A stretch of DNA of 64,000 nt, from assembly GCF_006345805.1 (NCBI RefSeq), contig NC_042999.1, positions 132,122,001 to 132,186,000 of the forward strand. Direction: 5' to 3'. The notes under the pieces were generated by a model. That model did not search any database. It had not been told where the DNA came from and saw only the letters and a program-made list of their open reading frames with translations. The position numbers and the translations under genes were made by a program. The stretch is from Octopus sinensis (taxonomy: Eukaryota). Below are positions 1 through 10,050 of the stretch, piece after piece. Each line of letters starts with the position of its first letter. Position 1 is the first letter of the stretch.

Positions 1-295
1 ATGAAATATAAACAATAGTCCCTGTGATTGATCTAAGCCTTACTCTCTCTCTCTCCTCTCTCACTCACTCCCTCCTTCCCATATCACATCAACACATCCG
101 CCTCTTGTTTACATTTTAAAAAAAATAGTTTGATCATCTGCATATTTGTTTCTTACAAAGAGGTATGTGGTTCACTTATCACTTAACTTCTTTGCAATGA
201 ATTTAGATGGAGAGTAGTATAGAAAGTATCTACTTGACCATGTCATATTTGGCCTTTGATATCAGGCATTTAATATATATTTAATATAAAGACAG

Positions 296-503
296 CAAAC
301 CGGCAGACTCATTAGTATGCCAGGATAAATTCGTAGCGGCATTTCGTCCGTCTTCACGTTCTGAGTTCAAATTCCGCTAAGGTCGACTTCGCACTGCATC
401 CTTTCGGGGTCTACAAAATATGTACCAGTTGAGTACTTTGGTCGATCTAATCGACCGACCCGCCTCCGAAACTGCTGGCCTTGCGCCAAAATTTGAAACC
501 AAT
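296..503 (+). mobile_element. SINE family B copy (tRNA-like head, diverged)
   Basis: Contains the motif cgttctgagttcaaattccgc..ggtcgact..catcctttcggggtc..gtaccagttgag repeated at many loci in this window; B-box-like GAGTTCAAATTCC. Confidence 0.75.
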
Positions 504-519
504 ATATATTTAATGTAAA

Positions 520-718
520 GGCGGTGAGCTGGCAGAATCGTTAGCTCCCCGAACAAATGCTTAGCGGGATTTCGTCCGTCTTTCTGCTGAGGTCGACTTT
601 GTGCTTCATCCTTTCGGGGTTGACAAAATATCTACCAGTTGAGTACTGTAGTCGATCTAATTGTCCTATCCTTATCCCCACCACACACACACGAAATTGC
701 CAGAACTTGAAGCCAATA
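520..718 (+). mobile_element. SINE family B copy, tandem to the previous one
   Basis: Starts ggcggtgagctggcagaatcgttagc; same body as copies at 2613, 44015 and 54285. Confidence 0.8.
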
Positions 719-1806
719 TATATTTAATACATGTTGATGCTAATTTATTAAGCGTATCGTCCATTGTCAAATAGGAAAACTGTTCTAGATACTTTCCATT
801 ATTGACAGCTAATTTTTTTTATTTGTTAAAAGATTAGAAAATAAAGTATTACACTAATGAGACAAGGTGTTCATTGGCGGACTTTCTTTCGGAGTAGCTA
901 TCACTATCTCATTGAGAAAATTACCAGAAAAATTTACCGGAAAAGGGCATGGAATTGGATGGTAAAAGTGTTAAAAAAACCAAAAACAACCCCCCCCCCC
1001 CAAAAAAAAACAGAATGAAATAAAGACTCAATTCATGGCCCTTTTTCGGCACGAGATTCACTGATCAACTGTTACAGTCGTCTCACAAGTGTAATGGGGT
1101 GTTTGGGGCTTTTTCTTTTTACTAATCCGTTAGTAAATAGAAAATTGGCTGTCGATAATAAGAAAGTACCGTGTCATGTAATGATTTAGTTACATGTTAA
1201 AAATAAAGGGGTTTTTTTTTGACAGGTTATTGAATAACGCAAGATTTAACCAAATGAAACCAATAATTTTAAAGCTATTCTCCTGGTGCATTAGATCTGG
1301 TGTTAACATAGTCGTAGAGATGCATCAAATGGCAAATTGTTGATACACTAGCCTTAAGTTTGAAATATAAATCCACCACTACTAAACCGAACGGAAAAGG
1401 AGCTTGATGTGCTAGAAATAGTAACTAGATCTCCTTCATATGATACTTATTGACTTTGAAAAAAAAACGGGAAGATACATTAGAAAGCTCTTGACATAGA
1501 AAAAGACAGGATGGTCGTAGCTGAACGTCATTGATAACAGACTAGGTCTTTATCGTCGCTACGCTGCCGGTAAAAATATTTGCTAATCATGCATGTACCT
1601 TCATAAACAGTTCAAAGTGAAAGTCTGTATCGCGTTGTCTATAAATTAAAAGACAGAGAAACGCACACATACACATACACAAACAATAAAAAAGAATAAC
1701 TATGTATCTATATATATAGTTTTTTTTAAAGTGTGTTGTTTTGACAGACTTGCGCTTAAAATTCCCGCGTTTTAAATCAAAACTTGTTAGTTATTATGGT
1801 GGCAAC

Positions 1807-1807
1807 A

Positions 1808-1854
<47 letters not shown>

Positions 1855-1870
1855 GCTAGCTAGCTAGCTA
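1807..1870. repeat. (CTAT)n grading into (CTAG)n microsatellite
   Basis: Read directly from the sequence. Confidence 0.95.
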
Positions 1871-1871
1871 C

Positions 1872-1935
1872 TGAGTGCGCACGTGTGATAGCTAGTTAGC
1901 TAGCTAGCTAACTAGCTATCACACGCGCGCACTCA
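1872..1935. repeat. 64-bp zero-spacer palindrome (1 mismatch)
   Basis: Left arm tgagtgcgcacgtgtgatagctagttagctag versus reverse complement of right arm tgagtgcgcgcgtgtgatagctagttagctag. Confidence 0.95.
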
Positions 1936-2612
1936 CTCTCTCACTGTTTCTCTCTCAACAACAAATTTTTCCCTCCCTTCTAAAAATACGCTGTGACATA
2001 TAATTTGATTCCTTCCCTTCTTCCCCCCTCTAATAGATGTTGTGCAGAACAGAAAGACAAAAATTCGCTTCTCTTTTATAATATAAGATTTGCTCGAGTA
2101 AGAATGACCTGAAGCCAGGGTGGTACTAACGATGAAACATAGTAAAAATGTGGTTAAGGGATCAACGGAAGGGGACATCACAATTTTTTTTTTCCAAATC
2201 CAGATTTACCATGGTGCAAATGGTAAATTAAAGCAATTTTAAAAAGATCAGTTAAGTGTTGAAAAATGTGCATTTCCCCTATTATTTAAGTTATTTGTAA
2301 ATAATTTGTTTTACATTGATTTTTGCTATTTAGTGTTAAATAAACAAGACTTCAAAAGCATGAAGTATCTAATGTACTGTAAAAACAAAAACAAAGAAAT
2401 GCAAAAAAAAACCTGTATTTCTAAAACAACACCCCAGCCAATCGGTTTTGCTGCCGTTGTAGTACTGCCTATAGATGACCTTGAACTTCAATAGCCACAT
2501 AACACCAGGTCAGTTGGCCATCGATTTGCACGTACTAGAATGAATGTATATTTAGTGTATTTGGTGATTTTTTTGAAGTTGAACAATGAAGGATTTGGAA
2601 GAGTAAAGTGTT

Positions 2613-2806
2613 CGAGCTGGCAGAATCGCGAGCACATCGAGCAAAGGCTTAGCGGCATTTCGTCCATCTTTACGTTCTGAGTTCAAATTCCACCGCGGTC
2701 GACTCTGCCTTTCATTCTTTCGGGGTTGATAAAATTAGTACCAGTTGAGCACTGGGGTCGATGTAATTGACTTACGCCTTCCCCCGAACTTACTGGCCTT
2801 CAGCAA
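2613..2806 (+). mobile_element. SINE family B copy
   Basis: gagctggcagaatc...cgttctgagttcaaattcc...gtaccagttgagcactggggtcgatgtaat. Confidence 0.8.
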
Positions 2807-2839
2807 AAAAGTCAAATTAAAGAAAACGTTTTTGAAGTC

Positions 2840-3150
2840 TGATATTGGCACCTTCAGATCTGTCAATGTCTTAAAAGGAGTGAAGCAAAGATATGTTCTT
2901 TCAGTTTTACTCTTCTGTATTGTAATCGCCGCAATACTTTCTATAAGTGAAAATGATTGCCCGTCTGGATTCTGAATCGGCGAACACTTCCTCTCTAATC
3001 ACAACTATGCTGATGATGTTTCTGCAATAAACGAATCTTGTTTGGACTATCTTGCTAAACATGCTGCAGGGGCTGGACTTTTTATCAACATAACAAAAAC
3101 AGAGTGCGTGACAACAGACAAATCCCTTGCAAGTGCTTGCTAAACTGTCC
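2840..3150 (+). pseudogene. Degenerate non-LTR (RTE-like) reverse transcriptase fragment
   Basis: One frame reads KGVKQRYVLSVLLFCIVI..*..HNYADDVSA..GLFINITKTE, matching the GVxQG..LSPxLF / YADD (3006-3017) / GLxINxxKT motifs; in-frame stop at 2973-2975. Confidence 0.75.
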
Positions 3151-3215
3151 ACGAAGTTTCCGAAGAAGTAGGCATGTGTAAAACTTCGTGTCACATGATT
3201 TTAAAAGCAAACTGG

Positions 3216-3335
3216 GCGGAGGTAAAGAATATGCATACCATCCGTTTTCGGCATAACCCTAACCCTAATCCCAAAACTAACCCGAAACCCTAACCCTAAC
3301 CCTAAACACCGGGTGTATGTATTCTTTACCTTCGC
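3216..3335. mobile_element. Small MITE-like inverted-repeat element with an internal (TAACCC)n tract
   Basis: Arms gcggaggtaaagaatatgcatacc / ggtgtatgtattctttaccttcgc flank degenerate TAACCC repeats at 3255-3306. Confidence 0.6.
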
Positions 3336-3439
3336 TGAAAACTGAAGATGCATCGTGTTACTACAAAATGTGTACCGTGTCAACTCACTCAAACAGACTC
3401 AATCAGTTTGGAGGTGGTTCATCGTTCGAATGTTGATGA

Positions 3440-3930
3440 GAACTGTCTGAAAAGTTATAATATATGATGAAACGTGGGTGTACGGCAATGTTATCAAAAC
3501 AAAAAGGTTGTTGTCGCAGTGAGTGGAATTGTCATCACCGCACCCTGCCGCTCAAATGTGAAGACGATATTGCTCATTTTTTAAAATTGGAAGCGTGTCT
3601 TTCATCATGAGTTTATTCCATGTGATCAAACGATTGATAGAGAGTCTGACTTGGATCGACAACATCTCACGCATCACTTCTTACCCGTAATTTTTGGCTC
3701 TTGCGGCTGTCTTTTTTCTTTTAACTCCCCCCCCCTCAGCCCCGGAGTTGAAATCAATTCTGGAAAATCTCCAATTTTAAAGGATAGAAAAAAGAATATG
3801 CAATGAGAGCAGTACACTGTTGAAAATACATTCCATGATGCGTTCCAGAACTGGAAGAAAAAAATAAGAAGAGAAAAAAGCGTTGGAACGGTGCATTAAG
3901 AATGAAGGGAAGCATTTTGAAATAGTTAAG
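3440..3930 (+). pseudogene. mariner transposase remnant
   Basis: Fragments DETWVYG, RSNVKTILLIF and FHDAFQNWKK..RW(E)RCIKNEGKHFE match conserved mariner catalytic and C-terminal motifs; multiple frameshifts. Confidence 0.7.
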
Positions 3931-4124
3931 TCTTAACTATTTCAAGTAAAATTGCAAGTAAAGCAATGGATTTTTATTTATTTATTCTTTTACACTCATG
4001 TTTCTTTTTGGACAAGTCTTGCAGCTGTGGGAGTCTGGTCTGGAAGAATACTGAATCTTTAATCTATTTCACATACAACACTCGATCCTGCCTTGTATAA
4101 CTGACAAGGTAACAATATATAATC

Positions 4125-4316
4125 CTTTCTACAATAGGTACATGACCTGAAATTTTGTGGGAGGGAGTCTAGTCGATTAAATCGTCCCCAGTGCTTGACT
4201 GGTACTTAATTTATTGATACTGAAAGGATGAGGGGCAAAGTCGACCTCGGCGGAATTTTGAAATCAGAACATAAGCATTTTGTCTGACGCGGTAAAGATT
4301 CTGTCAGCTCACCCCC
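4125..4316 (-). mobile_element. SINE family B copy
   Basis: Reverse complement of the family B body (aaagtcgacctcggcggaatt..., gagctgacagaatc). Confidence 0.75.
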
Positions 4317-4399
4317 TTAAGAAATCTGTATATAATAATGTTTTGATGTCTTGTTAGTAGAAGAATGGCAAGATCGAGAGGGCGCCATTACTGGGTTAT

Positions 4400-4755
4400 A
4401 TCAGGGCACCAACCAGTTAGCCTTAACCCAGTACTACCTGCTAAGCAATAGCAACAATTACAACCACCTCGAGCCAACGAAGGAGCATCTATAGAGTTTC
4501 TGAACCTACTAGAAATACAAGTAAAATATCCTTCAAATAACACGCTACTGTCTTTAAAAAAGTATTTAGTCCTAGATGCACTATGCCCGAATAAAATACA
4601 ATCTGCTCGCTGTTTGTATACCTTTGATCTGGAACCAAACAACTATAATTCTCTCCAAACTACTAACAACACCATAACATCTCTCAGCCTTCTATTATCA
4701 CCAAAACCTCCTCCAAATACGAACATTACAACAGACAGAACTCCACACAATTAGT
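4400..4755 (+). pseudogene. Possible Ty3/gypsy gag remnant
   Basis: ATG-less open frame ...IEFLNLLEIQVKY..KKYLVLDAL..NNYNSLQ loosely resembles the gypsy gag pattern LEAQF..KF..V..L..Y..LK; judged by eye only. Confidence 0.3.
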
Positions 4756-5049
4756 TGACATGAAACACCAGATGGTTTGGGGTTATGTTGTGCTGTGCAG
4801 TAGGAAAGTGTCGGGTTACATTGTGTTGGTTAGTCGAAAGGGTAGGTGTAGAATCTCTGCACCCTCCTTTTCAATTGTGTTTGGAAGTGAAAAAGCGCAG
4901 TGTTCGAAATGTCTGTCAATCAGGAATAAGAACAGGAGAAAATGAGGGTAATAGCTAAAAAACATTATGAGGAGAGGCTCAACCTGTACGCCAGTCCGGT
5001 GCCCTGGGAGCCATTGTGAGAATCGTGACTATCTGCTGAACTTCTTCCT

Positions 5050-5385
5050 AAAGAAAGAGAAAAAAAAAAGAATTTTGAGACGAAATCCATGTCCGGTGAA
5101 GGAAAGCAGATTTGCTCTGGTTGATCAAATTTGGGCTTGCAATCAGATGCAGGCAGATCTAACAGAACATCAACCATACCAGTCTGACAGTGGAACCTGT
5201 CCATCTCCTCTCACTTTGTAATTAAAGTTACTACAACCACTTCTATTGCTTGATGCTGTTCGTACTAAAGATGGAGTAGGGCTTGTTCTTCAGGTTATAT
5301 TAGCAATGGTAGGAACAGAGCAACAGGGAGATGGTGGTGCTGCAAACGATGGTACTAATACTGTTAATTACTAGCAGCACCATAC
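5050..5385 (-). pseudogene. Possible second gypsy gag remnant, opposite orientation, next to LTR-like sequence (5390-5720)
   Basis: Minus frame ITK*EEMDRFHCQTGMVDVLLDLPASD resembles gag ITK..V.D.L.DPPA.D; preceded on the minus strand by TGGTG (PBS-like). Confidence 0.25.
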
Positions 5386-5721
5386 GGCGTTGAGATAAAT
5401 ATATAACTTACGCTAAAAATATGCTTACTAAAATCACACACCTTTAAGTTAGCTTGCATATATAATTATTCTAACACTGTGAGTAATGCTTCTATGAATT
5501 AATTGCAAATTAATTACGTCATGTTACAATGACTGCACTGTTATGCAAATTAGGGCAGACCAAATTAGTTTAAGCTGTGTTTGTATATGCTATAAATAGT
5601 TATAAGCTACTATTCTCTCTTTGTGGTTCAGAAAATGAATGACCGATTTCTGACAAAGTGTAAAATGCTGAAACTAGTCATCTCTGTTTCTTGATTCTCT
5701 TCGCTATAGTAGGACGATGGA

Positions 5722-5850
5722 TTAGCAGAATCGTAAGAAGTCAGACAAAAAAGGCCTTGTAGTATTTCTTCCTGCCTTTTATATACTCAGTTCAAATGCC
5801 ACCGAAGTTAGGTTTGCCTTTTATCTTTTCGGGGTCGATAAAAATAAAAT
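5722..5850 (+). mobile_element. SINE family B, diverged partial copy
   Basis: agcagaatcg...cagttcaaatgcc..ttttcggggtcgataaaa. Confidence 0.6.
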
Positions 5851-7107
5851 ATAGGCACACCACTATCTAGACACTGATGATGTTGAACTTCTAACCCGCA
5901 CTAAGTTACGAGCAGGAACCTCAAATTTCTGCGATCTCCAGACCAGCTTACCTTGTACAGATATTAATTAACTTGTATCATTTATACTAATGTAGATGTA
6001 CTTATATTTCCTTTAACTAGTTAAGTTAATTAACACACACACTAGTTCAATTCCACTCATTAATTAAATATCCGATTTTTCGGTCAAAGCTCTTTCGTTG
6101 CTTTTTCGCAATCTCCTCAGTGACTTCAACACACGAATTCACATAAAGAAATTTGAAAAGTAGATATATAAAAAAAAAACGAAGTATTTAAATTAATTTG
6201 ATATTTTAATTTAAAATGTGTTGATCAAGGTGATCACTCTTTGATTCCGAAAAATCAGTAATCCAGAAAGCTTTAGAACCAAACATTCCGGAAAATTGAT
6301 GCTGTACATGTACCAGTAAAATTCTAATCAATTTAACCGATTGTCGATCTGTGCCATGGTAAAGCAGAGCCCAAATCCCAGCCCAACAGAAGGAATCTGA
6401 CAACAAAAGTAGAGACAAACTGATCAGAGAAAACTACCGTTACAGCTATCTGTATATAACACACAGTAACGCACAGACAATGCTACACAACACGCATAAC
6501 ATCCTATCATTCACTCACACACAACACACAATCGCTTTGAAAACGGCGGACACCATTAAAGGGATAATACAAAAGAAAATACATGTAATTTAACTACAGT
6601 ATCTACTTTTCAACAGTGAAGATAAAAGTAAATGTTTACAAAAAGCAAACAAAAAAAAAACACCCACCCCAAAGCTTAGCTTTCGTCTGTAGCTAATACC
6701 GTTGTTACTTTTGCTGCTGTTCCTACCACGACGGTGACTGCTGATATTACTTCTACTACTACAACTGCTGCTGCTATGTTACTATTACTATTAATACTAT
6801 GTGTGTTTCTATCACTACTCTATTCAAAATATTTTGTTTTATGTATTGTCACATTCACACTATCACCAACACACACTAGTACATTAACTCGTGCATACAC
6901 GTATACACACATAGACACATGCATAAACAAGTAGATTTTGCTTTTGCAACACTCCCTTATGAATATATTAAAACACAACAAATATACAAAATACGTATAA
7001 ATGTAGTTCTACGTATACGAAAAAATGGTATACTTATTACAAATAAATAGAATATATAATGATAAATGATATATAATGATAAATGATACATACATACGTA
7101 CATACAT

Positions 7108-7121
7108 AGAGATAGATAGAG

Positions 7122-7178
<57 letters not shown>

Positions 7179-7180
7179 TA
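7108..7180. repeat. (GATA)n microsatellite
   Basis: Read directly from the sequence. Confidence 0.95.
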
Positions 7181-7989
7181 GGTATTTGTAAATACATACT
7201 CATATATATCTATGTATTTATACATGCACATCTCTCTCTCGTTGCTCACACGTGACCATCGTCCATCTTTCTTTTCCCCACGTGACCATCTCTCTTCCTC
7301 ACGCGGCCATCTCTCTTTTCTTCACGTGACCATCTTTCTTTTCTTGCACGACGTCCCAAGGACTGGACATCTCTGTCTCTCTTTCTCTCTCTCTCTCTCT
7401 TGCCTTTTCTCTTTACGAAGAAAATATTTCCCTTAGCGTTCACTATTTTCCCCTCGTTCTGGTCTAACGACTCTCCATGTTTGTTTTTGTTCGGTTTCCT
7501 TATACGTCTCTACTATCCTGTTTTTGTTCCTAAATTTGACCCTCCATAAATCCAAAATTTTACTTTGGAAGTTATGGGAGCAACTGTCTTCGAAGACTCA
7601 TATTGTCGTCGAATGCCCGAAATGAGGAGTAGATAGACAGCCGACAACTGATGAAGGATCGTTCTTTGTGTTACTTGTCCTAGTTTCCATTTTCTCTCGT
7701 TGTTTGTGTATTCAACTCGTTTGTTTTCGTACTTCATGTTGTTCACCGAATGTTAACCGAATACTACGTTATTAGCTTCAAAGAGTCTCTCATATAGGTA
7801 CTTGGTGCATAAAAGGATACACATAGATTGTAGAAGACGAAATTCGTCTGTCATGGGTGCCTGAACTCCCATACAACGTGAGTTCATTCTACTGAAAATC
7901 ATCAGCGGAAAGCGTCCGGTCACTGCATGCCAGTCAAATCTTGCTGCTACGACATATAGAATATCAGCATTTTGTCAGTCATAAATGTC

Positions 7990-8260
<271 letters not shown>

Positions 8261-8291
8261 GCGAGAAAGAAGCAACAAGAATGGATAGGTT

Positions 8292-8383
8292 TTTTAGTAC
8301 GATCGTTTCATACAAGGACAGGTTTTTATTAAAAGTTGCAAAGATTACAGCATATAAACGAGTCCCGTACTCATCAGCTAAAA
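8292..8383 (-). ncRNA. Minimal type-I hammerhead ribozyme (minus-strand copy in left palindrome arm)
   Basis: Reverse complement of the 8931-9021 motif. Confidence 0.8.
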
Positions 8384-8930
8384 TACATGTGAGATCTCTA
8401 GACATCCTAGTGTTTGAGCTATACTCATGAAGTAATGTAGATAATTAACATAAACAGATTTCTAAAGTTCATTAAAGTTCTTTAAAGATGATGTACAGTC
8501 TTATCACAGAATTTTAAAAAAGTTTTGATAGCATCACAGAGAAGGTGACCTAATCCATATGAATTTCCATAGATATGATGAGGGATTATATACTCACAGA
8601 AGACAAATTTATCCATTGTTAATTACAACGAGGTGGGTCTCAATTCCTGCTTATTAGCTAATAAGCAGGAATTGAGACCCACTCGGTTGTAATTAACAAT
8701 GGATAAATTTGTCTTCTGTGAGTATATAATCCCTCATCATATCTATGGAAATTCATATGGATTAGGTCCCTTCTCTGTGATGCTATCAAAACTTTTTTAA
8801 AATTCTGTGATAAGACTGTACATCATCTTTAAAGAACTTTAATGAACTTTAGAAATCTGTTATGTTAATTATCTACATTACTTCATGAGTATAGCCTCAA
8901 ACACTAGGATGTCTAGAGATCTCACATGTA

Positions 8931-9021
8931 TTTTAGCTGATGAGTACGGGACTCGTTTATATGCTGTAATCTTTGCAACTTTTAATAAAACCTGTCCTTG
9001 TATGAAACGATCGTACTAAAA
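8931..9021 (+). ncRNA. Minimal type-I hammerhead ribozyme with palindromic stem III
   Basis: Stem I ttttag/ctaaaa; core CTGATGA (8937-8943); stem II gtacgggac/gtccttgtat; GAAAC (9004-9008); loop GATC; GTA (9013-9015); ACGATCGT is self-complementary. Confidence 0.82.
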
Positions 9022-9167
9022 ACCTATCCATTCTTGTTGCTTCTTTCTCGCTTATAATCACCCCACATTACTGTATTGTTAAATCAGTATAGTTTTTTTT
9101 TTGGTGCATCTAAGTTAGGTACCATATTCAAGTAAATTCATTTAAATTAACTTGAATCTTTATTGCT

Positions 9168-9238
<71 letters not shown>

Positions 9239-9414
9239 CAGGCATTAAGAATGAAATGTCCGATTTTCTTATACACCAAGTCACCAGGGTTTAACAGTCG
9301 TGAACTCTAATGTTTTATCCTGACAGTTGTTTGTTTTACATCATCACATTTCGAAATGCAATTCATGGTGTCTGATTATATTGTGAGTTTTCTCTTGTAA
9401 ATCAATTTTTGTGA

Positions 9415-10050
9415 GACGCGGGCGCTGATGAAAAAGGTCACCCCCACCTGGTAGACGCCCAGGAAGAAAACTCCAGTGAGAAACCTGCCCGGGAAGTAAA
9501 CCCAAGTGCGGGTCCTCCTACCAGCACCAAAAGCCATGGACATGGAGATAGAACCAAAAAAGGAGGAAAAACTAAAACTAAAACTCAGGGAAAACCAAAA
9601 AACGAAACAGCCAAGGATAGAAGCAAACCTAACTATCCATATACCAAAAAGGATGGAAACAAGCAACGCACACGGGTGTGTAGGTTCTACCTGAGAGGTG
9701 CCTGCTGGCATGGAGAGGAAGGTGCAGGCTGCCGTTTTGCACATCCGGGACTCTGCCGCAGTAACCAACCACCGAAAGGAAAAGGGATGGACCACGCACC
9801 ACCTGCCCCAAAGCGGAGGTACGCAGATGTGGTGCGTGCCACAAACCGCCAACGTGTTGTTGAAAGGGCAGCTGCTGAACAAGAATCTTTTTTGTGCATG
9901 GCACAAAAGATTGTACAGCAGCTAACCTGGCTCCATCAAACTCAAGCTCGCAGATGGGACTACCCACAGTTCACAAGACCACCACAGCAAATAGACCCAA
10001 GGTGGACACCACCGGCAACAGCATACACCTCACCTCGATACTCCTACTGA
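9415..10050 (+). CDS. LINE ORF1, 5'-truncated; basic region plus CCCH-type zinc finger
   Basis: Frame open 9415-10050 (longer than the ORF-track call starting 9676): DAGADEKG...CRFYLRGACWHGEEGAGCRFAHPGLC (C-x7-C-x8-C-x3-H); overlaps the start of ORF2. Confidence 0.7.
   Translation, partial: DAGADEKGHPHLVDAQEENSSEKPAREVNPSAGPPTSTKSHGHGDRTKKGGKTKTKTQGKPKNETAKDRSKPNYPYTKKDGNKQRTRVCRFYLRGACWHGEEGAGCRFAHPGLCRSNQPPKGKGMDHAPPAPKRRYADVVRATNRQRVVERAAAEQESFLCMAQKIVQQLTWLHQTQARRWDYPQFTRPPQQIDPRWTPPATAYTSPRYSY

Larger units (their letters stand above)
8261..9051. repeat. 791-bp zero-spacer palindrome (arms 397 and 394 bp)
   Basis: Centre ttattag|ctaataa at 8657/8658; the arms differ only by seven 1-nt indels, with no substitutions found. 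Confidence 0.97.

Noticed and set aside
1933-2181. Minus ORF with a signal-peptide-like start (MMSPSVDPLTTFLLCFIV...)
   Set aside because: It runs into a (GA)n/(GT)n microsatellite, has no recognisable domain and has no supporting splice structure.
5946-6420. Possible minus-strand exon ending at donor CAAG|GTAAGC (5952)
   Set aside because: Consensus donors occur by chance in 64 kb; no convincing coding frame.
7575-7660. Hammerhead-like fragments (gaaga..tgccc-gaaat..gta; ctgatga); similar motifs at 36850-36900(-) and 56930-56975
   Set aside because: Stems I and II cannot be paired canonically and the core has deletions; these may be relics but are not supportable.
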